Part shown: piece by piece, positions 1 to 9,576 of the stretch | Numbering within the stretch: position 1 is the stretch's first letter | Layout of the letters: each line of letters opens with the position of its first letter | NCBI GenBank assembly: GCA_964291215.2 | Contig: OZ219790.1 | Span: 1,600,001 to 1,664,000 of the forward strand | Source of the DNA: Alphaproteobacteria bacterium | GTDB lineage: Bacteria > Pseudomonadota > Alphaproteobacteria > MPNO01 > UBA830 | DNA: 64,000 nt | Reading direction: 5' to 3' | Notes under the pieces: generated by a model | Told to the model about the DNA's origin: nothing | Databases searched by the model: none | Seen by the model: only the letters and a program-made list of their open reading frames with translations | Translations under genes and position numbers: made by a program

Positions 1-870
1 GGCGGTGCGCTCGCGCGCCGCCTGCTGCAGGCGCACCGTCTTCACGTCTGGGACCTCGAGCCCGCCGCCGTTGCCGGCCTCGTCGGAAGCGGCGCGGTTG
101 CGGTCAACGGGCTTGCCGGTCTCGCCAGCTGCGGGGCGGCCGCCATCGTCACCTGCCTGCCGACCTCGCAGGATGTCGAGGATGTCCTGTTCGGCGCGGA
201 CGGCATTGCCGCCCGACTGGAGCCCGGAACCGTGGTCATCGACATGACGACCGGCGATCCCCTGGTCACGGACACGCTTGCGGAACGGCTTGCGGGGCTC
301 GGCGTCGACCTCGTCGACGCGCCGGTGTCGGGAGGCGTAATCGGCGCCGAGGAAGGCACGATCACAATCATGGCGGGGGCGTCTCCGGCATTGTTCGAAC
401 GGGTGCGACCGGTGCTTGAGGACATCAGCCCCAACGTTTTCCATGCAGGCGGCGCCGGCAGCGGGCACGCGATGAAGCTGATCAACAACATGATCTCATC
501 CTGCGCTCGGGTCGCCGTTTTCGAGGGACTCGCGCTTGCGGTCAAGGCGGGCATCGAGCCGGTCCGGTTCACCGAAATTCTCTCCAGGGGTTCGGGCCGC
601 GGCTATGTCGCCGACACGACGCTTCCCCGCTACGTCCTCGCCGACCGCAGCGATCAGGGGTTCGGGCTGGCGCTGATGTACAAGGATCTCGCGCTCGCGA
701 CCCGGCTGGGACAGGATCTCGAGGTGCCGCTCGCCGCGGGGGGCCATGCCCGTGAGGTGTTCCGGCGCGCGCTCAACGAGCTTGGCGCGGATGTCGATAT
801 CACCCAGCTGATCCGCCTGTTCGAGCGCGACGCCGGCGTCGACATCTGCGCATCGTCGGCGGATGCCTGA
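1..870 (+). CDS. NAD(P)-dependent oxidoreductase, 3-hydroxyisobutyrate dehydrogenase family (5' end outside window)
   Basis: Open frame from base 1; motifs DAPVSGG...GTITIMAG and GSGHAMKLINN. Confidence 0.9.
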   Translation, partial: GGALARRLLQAHRLHVWDLEPAAVAGLVGSGAVAVNGLAGLASCGAAAIVTCLPTSQDVEDVLFGADGIAARLEPGTVVIDMTTGDPLVTDTLAERLAGLGVDLVDAPVSGGVIGAEEGTITIMAGASPALFERVRPVLEDISPNVFHAGGAGSGHAMKLINNMISSCARVAVFEGLALAVKAGIEPVRFTEILSRGSGRGYVADTTLPRYVLADRSDQGFGLALMYKDLALATRLGQDLEVPLAAGGHAREVFRRALNELGADVDITQLIRLFERDAGVDICASSADA

Positions 871-912
871 GTGAGGCCCGGTCCGGCGGTCCTGCGGGTG
901 CGCTCCGCCGGA

Positions 913-1541
913 TCAGTTCTCGCCCGGCTCCGGGGACGCAAGCGCGAGATCGGAGACGATGCGATCAGGACGTTGAGATCGCCGGGCAGCCCGCCGCCGT
1001 AGCCCTCTATGCCGAATCCCGGGACTATCACGACATCGCCCTTCGAGGTGCCCAACGGAATATCGACCGCCAGGGTGAGGCCGGTCATGGTGGCGATCAG
1101 CCTGCAGGCACCTTCGCGCGATTCGGTCTCGGTAATCGCAAGGTGCTCCGCCATGTCCTGGCCCCGCATCCACAGCGATGTGGCGGCGGCGCCCTTGACC
1201 TGTCCGAGCCGCGTTCCTGCGATATCGCCGAACAGGTCGATCACGCGTTCGCCGGTGGCCTCGTTGATCTCGAAATCGAACCATGCGCCGCCACGCGCCC
1301 ACGGCTTGGCGCCGTCAGGCTGTGCCTGGGCTTTGGTGAACCGGTCATAGGCGGCACGCCTGTGGCGGTCGGCAAGCAGGTTGTAGGCGGTCGTGATTTC
1401 CTTGAAGCGCTCGGCCGCCGCTTCGTCGCCGGCATTGACGTCGGGGTGAAGCTCCTTGGCGAGTGATCGGTAGGCCTGCTTGATTTGTTCGAGATCGGCG
1501 TTCCGGTCGACACCAATGAGTTCGTAGGCGTTCATCGGCAC
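913..1541 (-). CDS. DnaJ-domain protein (CbpA-like, short), probable frameshift near 965
   Basis: J-domain with HPD (AYRSLAKELHPDVN) and PGDLNVLI; ORF as read runs 216 nt into the convergent gene, while a 1-nt shift gives RIVSDLALASPEPGEN* ending at 913. Confidence 0.75.
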
Positions 1542-1610
1542 AGTGTCGCGACGCGCCGAAACCGGTCAAGGGATGACGGCGCCGTACGGCCCAGGCCTCC
1601 GGTACCCGGG

Positions 1611-2165
1611 TCACGCCGGTTCCGCCGGCAGACCAGCGGTTCCAAGGAGCCCGGCCGCCTGGAGTTCGGTAATGAAGCCGAACATCTGCCTGTCCTCTAT
1701 GCGATCGGGATAGAGAATACCGTCGAGATGATCGCATTCGTGCTGGACGACCCGGGCATGGAACCCCGAGGCCTGCCGGTCTATCGGCCGCCCTTCGCCG
1801 TCGCGTCCGCGATAGCGGATGCGGGCGTGCCGGCGGACGAGCCCCCGCATTCCGGGGACGCTCAGACAGCCCTCCCAACCCTCCTCGCTGGCCTCGCCGA
1901 TCGGGACGATTTCCGGATTGATCAGAACCGTTTGCGGCACGGGCGGCACGTCGGGATAACGCGGACTGTTCTCGATGCCGAATATCACGACGCGGAGCGG
2001 CACGCCGATCTGCGCCGCCGCGAGGCCGACGCCGTCACAGGCCTTCATGGTATCGAGCATGTCGGCGACCAGGTTTTCGAGCGCCACATCGCCGAACCGT
2101 TCCATGTCTTCAGCCCGGCGCCGCAACCGGGGATCGCCCATCCGCAGAACCTCGCATACCGCCAT
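1611..2165 (-). CDS. def: Peptide deformylase
   Basis: GVGLAAAQIG, EGCLSVPG and QHECDHLDG motifs; start set at MAVCEVLRMGDPRL. Confidence 0.95.
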   Translation of the reverse strand: MAVCEVLRMGDPRLRRRAEDMERFGDVALENLVADMLDTMKACDGVGLAAAQIGVPLRVVIFGIENSPRYPDVPPVPQTVLINPEIVPIGEASEEGWEGCLSVPGMRGLVRRHARIRYRGRDGEGRPIDRQASGFHARVVQHECDHLDGILYPDRIEDRQMFGFITELQAAGLLGTAGLPAEPA

Positions 2166-2361
2166 CGGAACAATCTCCCGCAGGTTGCCGTCTCCAAACA
2201 TCCGAACTGCACGGCCAGCCGCAATTCCGGTCTGTCCGGCAGCCATATCCCGTTCCTGCCCGGCTTTCAATCGCAGGCGCGAATCCCGGGCCCGCGGGTC
2301 CTGTGACAGCGGAATTCCGAGCCCATGATCGTTCGCAGCCGCCTTCTGGCCGGCCGGAACG

Positions 2362-2883
2362 TCAGCTCGCGACCAGTTCGTCGATCACGGCCGTGTACAT
2401 GTCCCTGGCCTCGGCGCCGAAACAGGCGAACACGACCTTCTCGACGGTACTGCCGCTTTCGAAATGGCTCGCGGTTTCGGCCACCGCGACGCGCGTTGCC
2501 CGGTCGAGAGGGTAGTCATAGACACCCGCGCTGATCGCCGGAAACGCGATGGAGGCCACGCCCGTGTCCTCCGCGACCTCGAAACAGCGGCGATAGCAGC
2601 ATGCCAGCAGACCGGGTTCGCCGCGGTTGCCGCTCTGCCATACCGGGCCGACGGTGTGGATCACGATACGGGCGGGAAGGCGATAGGCTCCGGTAGCCTT
2701 GGCGTCGCCGGTGTCGCAGCCGCCGAGCGCGCGGCATTCCTCAAGGAGACGAGGTCCCGCCATGCGATGAATTGCGCCGTCGACGCCGCCTCCGCCCAGG
2801 AGGGCGTTGTTGGCCGCGTTCACGACGGCATCGACTGCGAGCGTCGTGATGTCGCCCTCGAAGATCTCGATCCGTTCTCTTAT
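2362..2883 (-). CDS. Macro-domain O-acetyl-ADP-ribose deacetylase (YmdB-like); start codon reads ATA, IS inserted 2 nt upstream
   Basis: [38 protein letters not shown] and [11 protein letters not shown] motifs. Confidence 0.85.
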   Translation of the reverse strand: MRERIEIFEGDITTLAVDAVVNAANNALLGGGGVDGAIHRMAGPRLLEECRALGGCDTGDAKATGAYRLPARIVIHTVGPVWQSGNRGEPGLLACCYRRCFEVAEDTGVASIAFPAISAGVYDYPLDRATRVAVAETASHFESGSTVEKVVFACFGAEARDMYTAVIDELVAS

Positions 2884-2885
2884 AG

Positions 2886-5125
2886 GTAAGCGTTCGTTCG
2901 TGCGGTGAGGTGTTGTTGTTTTCGTCCGTTTGACGGGCTTTTGTCAGGGAGTTCCAGCGTCACCCGGAGCGGTTTCGTGCGCCGGGATGCGCGGTGAGGG
3001 GCACTGGCGCCATGCCGTGTTTTCCGCATTGGTTGCGGTTTTGTCCCGGCGCTGCGGAGGAGGAGCTGAGCGCCATCCTGTGCCGGTTGCAGGGTTCAGA
3101 GGGTCCGCTTCCAGTCCTTGCGGAGCGGGCCAGATGTCCTTCTTCGGCTTCTGTCATGTCGGTCGTGGCGGCCGCTGGTTGTTCCGACGCGGCCGGCAGA
3201 CGCCGCGGCGCGGGACCAGGGTCTCGCAGGGCACGGGCGTGGTGTTGCAGCGCGCGGTCCATGCGGCGGTCGAGAAGCAGCGGCTCGCCGCATGGTAGCG
3301 CATCTGCGGCGCCGACCAGGCGCGTGTATCCGAGGTCGTGTCAGCGGGCGGGGCTCGTCGAGAATCTTCGGGGCGGCGGTGTCCGACGTGATCAGCTTCG
3401 GGGGGGCTGGCAGCGGCAGAAGGCGCGGGCGATGGGGTTCGCTCCGTGATCGTCGCAGCAGCCGCATCTCCGCGACCATGAAGTCGTGCCCTCGACCTCA
3501 CGGCGGCGCTGCGAATCTCCGCCGCCTCTCCGGGCTCACGGCAACCAGGGCGACAGATCGCCGGGCGGCCGTTCTCCGCGCAGGCGCCAGCGCAGAACGT
3601 CGAGGCCGCTCCTCGCGGCCGTGTACATGACAGCCGTCCATGCTGTCGGAACCGAAGCCGGGCTTCCGCCCGGGCCCCTGACAGCCCTTTCCCCGAAATT
3701 GTTGTCCATGGTCGACGAACACGCGATGGTTGAGCGCAGCGGCCTGCCTTCCGGCGCCGCTTTCGGAAGCCTCGGCGCTTCCGCAAACAGCGACCGCAGT
3801 CTCCGGCGCCGCCTGCGCGGCCTCGAACGCCGCCGGAAGCAAGGCAGTCGAGCCGTGTTCAGGCGGCAGATCTCCGCGATCGATCCATTCCCACCCCTCC
3901 AGCTGCAGCCGGCGCAGTCCGGAAAGTCGCGCCGACAATGCGCCCGGCAACAGCACAGGATGATGAAGGACCACAGGCGCGCCAGCTTCTTGCAGGCGCC
4001 GTAGCGGTCGCAGACATGGGGGCGTCCGCAAACAGCTTCGCCGCGACCTCGGCGCTGCGCGAGGGAGAGGACCGCGTCACGGCTGACCGATGTCCGGAGC
4101 CAGGCGCGACTTCCGGACCTCCCTCAGGGCCCGGATGCATCGGCATGGCGCAGACCCCGGTGCGCGAGGATCGCGTCCCGAAACGGCTCGAACAGGGGCA
4201 GCATCCGGCTCGCTGGCCGGCGTTCCCGGCGAAAGCCCCTGGACGCGGCGCAAGGGCCGCATGCACGCGCTCGTGCAGCACATGCGTCCACACCCGAATG
4301 CGGTGCCGGGAAACAGCCGCCACCGGTGAACCGGGGCAGTCACAGCCCCGGCGGACAATCCGCCGCTTTTGATCTCGATGATCCTGGTGCGAACCGTTGG
4401 CAACGCAGCACGAGCAGGCGTCCTCCGCCACCTTCAGCCGCTCCTCCACCTCCTCGAGCGCCGGCCGCGGCCATGTGCCGCGCTGCTGGCCGCGCTTCGA
4501 TGACGCCCGCTGCCTCTTCTCGCTCTTGCGTCCGTACATCGACGACCTGTTCAAACGAAGCTTGTCGTTCTCCGCCTCGAGCGCCCCGACCCTTCAGAAC
4601 CTTCATCGCGGTCTTCAGGCCGGCATTCTCCATGCACAGCGACACTACCGTCGACCGCTTCCGCGCGCCGGCCTCGGCAAGAAGCCCGCCCGGACGCGCA
4701 ACCTCCTGCTTCAGCGCAAGAGACTGCTTCGCCGTCCGCCGAACTTCCCTGACCTCCGCACGGGCAGCTGACAGCTTCTCGCGATTGCTCTCGAAAATCG
4801 CCTTCAGGGAATTCGTGCGGCTGCGCTCCTCCACCTCCTGCATGCGCAGCTCCTCGCAGCGACCCTCCGCAGCCGCCGTGCGGGCTTCCGCCGCCTCGGC
4901 TCGAATACGCTCGCGATCGTACAGGGACTTCCAGGTGACCGAATCACGACACGACGACTGCAGCATGTCGCCAGCGGCGTCCGCACCCGATGATGGCATG
5001 AAATCCTCAATGCACATGACCATGCACGACCTGATGGCACCGTCAAAAAATTTACGGCCCCCTTCTCCGAATCACCAAAACAAATCTCGGCGCAGATCGT
5101 CATCACCGCATGAACGAACGCTTAC
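2886..5125 (-). mobile_element. Degenerate IS66-family element (type A)
   Basis: Inverted termini GTAAGCGTTCGTTCGTGCGGTGA (2886) and TCACCGCATGAACGAACGCTTAC (ends 5125); frameshifted transposase-like fragments; no matching TSD. Confidence 0.8.
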
Positions 5126-5365
5126 TGCGGAGCGTTCCCACCTCCACCGCTCGGCCCTGCCGTCGTGACAAAATCTTGCCCTGAAACGGGCGATTGTCAC
5201 GAAAACTCGTTTTCGCCGCTGCCTCGCGACCGCACAACCGTGCTAAATCAATGACTTGGATTCGCCATACGAGAACTGCACCCTACCAGCATGAGTTCAC
5301 CTTGATATCACCTAAACCCCAAAATATCATGGACCAATTACATGATTTAGCCGATGAAGTTCCGT

Positions 5366-6361
5366 TTAGATCTTCGAGAGTTCGTGCGTCGATTCCGCAA
5401 ACAGTTCCTCAGGCGTCATCAGGCGTTCGGAAAGCCCGTGGCTGTAGGAGTAGCGCGCGAGCGCCTCGATCTCGTGGCGGCATTCCTCGACGCCGTACCG
5501 CCAGAAGTCGTCGCCCATGAGCGCGACCGTATCGCGCCGTTCCGCATCGACCCACGGAAGCGTTATCGCGAGCGCCGCGGTCTTGGCGATCTGCTCGTAG
5601 GCAGCGTCGCGCGCCTCGACCAGCGCCTTGTAGATGCTGCAGGGAAGCCACGGATATTTTTTGACTAGATTCTTGCGGACGCCCATCAGATGCATGATCG
5701 GGAACATTCCGGTCTTGCTGTAATATTCCCGCTCGACCGACCGGAAATTGGAAAACAGCCTCCCGATGTTGGGCTTGCCCAACGTGAAGCTTGAGGGTGC
5801 GCGCGCCGTGGTCAGCGCATCGAGTTCGCCTGCCTCGAACATTTCGACCAAGGTGCGATCCCCGGGGATCGGCTCGAGATCGAGGCCGGCGGGAGGTTCG
5901 AAAGGCGTGCGCTCGTCTCGTCCCGGCTCCTCCTGGCCGCCGGAGCGCCAGCGTATCTCGGTCGGCTTCACGCCATATTCGTCCTCAAGAATGCCGCGCA
6001 TCCAGACCGGCGCCGTCATCTGGTATTCGGGCACCCCCACGAGCTTGCCGCGCAGGTCTCCCGGCTTCTCGATCCCCCGGTCGGTGCGAATATAGAACGC
6101 CGAATGCCGGAACAGGCGGCTCACGAAGGCCGGAATGCCGACATAGTCGCTCTTGCCCTGAGACATCACCCTGATGTAGCTGGAAAACGACAGTTCGCAG
6201 CAATCGAACTCGGCGAAACGGAAGGCCCGAAAGAACACCTCCTCCGGTTCCATCGGGATGAAGGTGACGTCGCACCCCTCTACCTTGACGCTGCCGTCCT
6301 TGATCGCCGCGAGCCTGTCCGTGTCCCCGGCCACGATCGTGATGGGTATGTCTCTTGCCAT
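5366..6361 (-). CDS. 4,5-dihydroxyphthalate decarboxylase-like / ABC substrate-binding-fold protein
   Basis: EEVFFRAFRFAEFDCCELSFSSY, GVPEYQMTAPVW and FPIMHLMG motifs typical of the family. Confidence 0.8.
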   Translation of the reverse strand: MARDIPITIVAGDTDRLAAIKDGSVKVEGCDVTFIPMEPEEVFFRAFRFAEFDCCELSFSSYIRVMSQGKSDYVGIPAFVSRLFRHSAFYIRTDRGIEKPGDLRGKLVGVPEYQMTAPVWMRGILEDEYGVKPTEIRWRSGGQEEPGRDERTPFEPPAGLDLEPIPGDRTLVEMFEAGELDALTTARAPSSFTLGKPNIGRLFSNFRSVEREYYSKTGMFPIMHLMGVRKNLVKKYPWLPCSIYKALVEARDAAYEQIAKTAALAITLPWVDAERRDTVALMGDDFWRYGVEECRHEIEALARYSYSHGLSERLMTPEELFAESTHELSKI

Positions 6362-6453
6362 GGATGAACTCCTGCCGTCGGATGTGTGCTGCCGCCGATG
6401 ATACCAGTCTCGGGCCGGCTCGCAAAAGGAAGCGCCCGGGTCCGCGGCATCCG

Positions 6454-7524
6454 CTATCCGGCGGCCACCTTCATTTCCCCGGCCCAATCCAGCCCGAGCC
6501 GTTCGCCAGCCGCAAGAATCCCGCTCCAGGCCGTGTCGTCGATGAAGACGCCGTCTGCACTGCGGACCTTGTTGTTCGCCCGTTCCATGTCGCCGGCCAC
6601 GATCACCGGCGTCGCCGCATCGACGGGCCGCGCTGATTTGACGTAGTCAACCGTCGCGTCGATCTCGGTCTCAAGCCAGGACCTGTCGACCAGGCGTGCC
6701 GGATCGATGACAACCGTCAGCATGTTGTTGACGATCCCTCCCAGGCGCTGGTTTCTCGGCTGGATGGTGCCGCCGCCGGACAGGCCGCCGGCGAGCAATT
6801 CGCATACGAGGGCAAGTCCCGATCCCTTGTGCAGCCCGAACGGAAGCAGGGCGCCCCGCGGCTCGGAGAAGATTACCGCGGGATCCGTCGTCGCCTGTCC
6901 GCGGGCGTCGATGACAAGCCCGTCATCGAGCTTCTCGCCCTTGGTCATGGCGACCCGCGCCTTGCCCATCGCGATCCGGCTCGTTGCCATGTCGAGCAGC
7001 GTCATCGGCGTGTTATCGGTCGCTGGCACCGCGATGCAGACCGGATTGGTCACGAAACGCGCCTCGGCGCCTCCCCACGGCGCAACGCACGGCTCATGGT
7101 CGACGACATTCACGAAATGAAGCGAGATCAGCCCGGCGTCGGCCGCGATTTCGCCGTAGGCGCCGATGCGCCCGAGATGGTGGGCGTCGCGCAGGGTCAT
7201 CAGGACGACTCCGGTCTCGCGGCACCTCGCGACGGCCGCCGCCATCGCCTCGCCGCCGACCCGCCGCCCGAAGCCGTGGCGGCCGTCGAACATCAGAATG
7301 GCGCCGTCGTCTCCCACCTGCTCGACCGCGGTGCCCGGACGCAGGCGCCCGGCCTCGAAATGCTCGACATAGGCCGGCACCAGCCCGACCCCGTGGCTGT
7401 CATGGCCCATTAGGTTCGCCGTCACCAGGGATTCCGCGACGAGCGCAGCCTCGTCCTCTGGACTTCCCATCTTCTCGAATATGCCGGCTGTCAGTCCGGT
7501 CAGCGCCTCAGCCTGAATCTGCAT
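6454..7524 (-). CDS. Ldh2-family malate/lactate/ureidoglycolate dehydrogenase (YbiC/HcxB-like)
   Basis: ANLMGHDSHGVG, HHLGRIGAY, LDMATSRIAMGK and PFGLHKGSGL motifs. Confidence 0.9.
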   Translation of the reverse strand: MQIQAEALTGLTAGIFEKMGSPEDEAALVAESLVTANLMGHDSHGVGLVPAYVEHFEAGRLRPGTAVEQVGDDGAILMFDGRHGFGRRVGGEAMAAAVARCRETGVVLMTLRDAHHLGRIGAYGEIAADAGLISLHFVNVVDHEPCVAPWGGAEARFVTNPVCIAVPATDNTPMTLLDMATSRIAMGKARVAMTKGEKLDDGLVIDARGQATTDPAVIFSEPRGALLPFGLHKGSGLALVCELLAGGLSGGGTIQPRNQRLGGIVNNMLTVVIDPARLVDRSWLETEIDATVDYVKSARPVDAATPVIVAGDMERANNKVRSADGVFIDDTAWSGILAAGERLGLDWAGEMKVAAG

Positions 7525-7537
7525 CACTGCTCCTCGG

Positions 7538-8794
7538 TCAGAATCGTTCGGCGGCGAAGGGCGCCATGTCCATCGGAGGCGTCCGGCCGCCGGCAAGATC
7601 AGCGATCAGGCGTCCGGTCACTGCCGCCATTGTAAGACCGAGATGGCCATGCCCAAAGGCGAAAAACACGTCCCGGCGCCTCGGCGCGCGCCCGATGACC
7701 GGAAGGCTGTCGGGCAATGCCGGACGGTCGCCCATCCACCGTTCCGCTGCTTCGAGACGGAGACCCGGCACGAACGGCCTCGCGAGATCGCCAAGGATGT
7801 CGGCCCGCTCCCAGTAGGGCGGCAGGTCGAGGCCGGCAAGTTCGGCCGTGCCCGCAAGCCTAATCCCGCCCGTCATCGGCACGATGGCGAAGAAATGGTC
7901 ACCGACCACGATCGGCCGCCGCATCTCGACGCCGGGCTGCGGGAGCCAGAGATGGTAGCCGCGCTCGGTGTCAAGCGGCACCGGCGATCCGGAAGCCCGC
8001 GCAAACGACCGGGAGAACGCGCCGGCCGCAATCACGAGGGAGTCCGCCTCGTGGGCGCCGCCGTCGGTCAGGAGCCGGACCCGGCCCGCCGCGCCAGTCT
8101 CGATCCCCGTCACGTTCTCGCGGACGAAGGCGCCACCCTTGCGCCGGATCAGTTCGACCAGCCGCTGCGAAAGATGAAGCGGATGGGTGACCGAACTTGC
8201 CGCAGGCGAATAGACGCCGGCGTGGAGGTCGCGCGCCAGCGCCGGCTCGAGCTGGCGCATCTCGGCGACCGTGAGTTCCTCGAGCCGGGCGCCGCGCCGG
8301 CGACGCAGCGCGTGGCTCTCCTGTGCCGCCTCCCATGCCTCCTTCCTGCGGTACACATGGAGCTCGCCGGTCTCGCGCCATACATCCTCGGCGCCGGCCT
8401 CGCGGATCAGGATCCGCCACGCTTCATCCGACCGGTCGAGAAGCGACGCGAGCGCGATCGAGATCTTCTCGACGCTGGATTTCCGCGCCGCCCACGCAAA
8501 CCGCACGAGCCACGGGGCGACGCGGTGCAGGTAGCGCCAGCGCACTACCAGCGGTCCGGTGGGATCGAGCAGCATGCGCGGAATTCGCCGCACCACGCCC
8601 GGCGTCGCTATCGGCGTCATCGCGTCGACCTGGATGAGGCCGGCATTGCCGAACGAGGTTCCGGTTCCGGGCTCGGCACGATCGACGAGCGTGACCTCGT
8701 GGCCGTCGCGCTGCAGGAAGGCAGCGCAGCAGAGCCCGACAACGCCGGCGCCTAGAATCGTGAACCGTCCTGATGGCATCGGCATCTCCGCCAT
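7538..8794 (-). CDS. FAD-dependent D-amino acid dehydrogenase-like oxidoreductase (DadA/DAO family)
   Basis: GAGVVG Rossmann motif, TSFGNAG, ERGYH, RPALPDSLPVIG, FGHGHLGLT; RBS GGGAGG upstream. Confidence 0.9.
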   Translation of the reverse strand: MAEMPMPSGRFTILGAGVVGLCCAAFLQRDGHEVTLVDRAEPGTGTSFGNAGLIQVDAMTPIATPGVVRRIPRMLLDPTGPLVVRWRYLHRVAPWLVRFAWAARKSSVEKISIALASLLDRSDEAWRILIREAGAEDVWRETGELHVYRRKEAWEAAQESHALRRRRGARLEELTVAEMRQLEPALARDLHAGVYSPAASSVTHPLHLSQRLVELIRRKGGAFVRENVTGIETGAAGRVRLLTDGGAHEADSLVIAAGAFSRSFARASGSPVPLDTERGYHLWLPQPGVEMRRPIVVGDHFFAIVPMTGGIRLAGTAELAGLDLPPYWERADILGDLARPFVPGLRLEAAERWMGDRPALPDSLPVIGRAPRRRDVFFAFGHGHLGLTMAAVTGRLIADLAGGRTPPMDMAPFAAERF

Positions 8795-8946
8795 GTCGCC
8801 TCCCGTCAGCAGCCGGACCGCGCGTCCGGAAACGCCGCAGCGGCACCCGTCCTGCAGCCACTGCATCACTGATACCATTCTGCTATTAATCTGGCGACCC
8901 GCAACCCTTTGCTGCGCCGGCAACCACCCGGCAACCGGAGTTCGCC

Positions 8947-9567
8947 ATGTCCGACCCCGTCACGCTGATGGTCTTTACCGACTACGTCTGACCCTGGTGC
9001 TACCTCGGCACCGTGCGTGTCGACCAACTCCGCAAGGCCTACGACATCGCCGTCGAGCTCGTGCATTTCCCGCTGCATCCGGACACACCGAAAGAGGGGC
9101 GCGAGATGGCCGGGTTCTACGCCGCCCGCGGCCTCGATCCCGACAGGATGTACCGGGAGATGAAGGCGCGCATGGACGCCGAGGGCCTTCCCTACAGCCG
9201 GCGCACCCATACCTACAACAGCCGTCTCGCCCAGGAGCTCGGCAAGTGGGCCGACACCATTGAGGACGGCGAACCTCTCCATGACGCGCTCTATCGCGCC
9301 TATTTCGTGGACGCGCGGAACATCGGCGATACCGAGGTGCTGCTCGATCTCGTGGACGGACTCGGACTGCCGGCCGACCAGGCACGCGAGGTCATCGCCA
9401 CACGCGCTTTCAGTGATGCCGTCGACGAGGACTGGGCGCGGTCCCGCAGCTACGGCGTGACCGGGGTGCCAACCTATGTCGTCGGCGGCTACGGTGTGGT
9501 CGGCGCCCAGCCCTACGAGGCGCTCGTACAGCTCGTACAGCAGGCCGGCGGCACGGCGCGAAACTGA
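8947..9567 (+). CDS. DsbA/FrnE-family thioredoxin-fold protein with in-frame TGA at the first active-site Cys (candidate selenoprotein, UPWC)
   Basis: GGAG RBS, then MSDPVTLMVFTDYV-TGA(8989-8991)-PWCY; later FPLHP, GVTGVPTY and GAQPYE motifs. Confidence 0.8.
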
Positions 9568-9576
9568 CGGCCCGAC

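Noticed and set aside
5126-5365. Possible further IS end or att site after IS66-A
   Set aside because: Short palindromic pieces (GTGACAA...TTGTCAC) with no partner in the window; cannot be supported.
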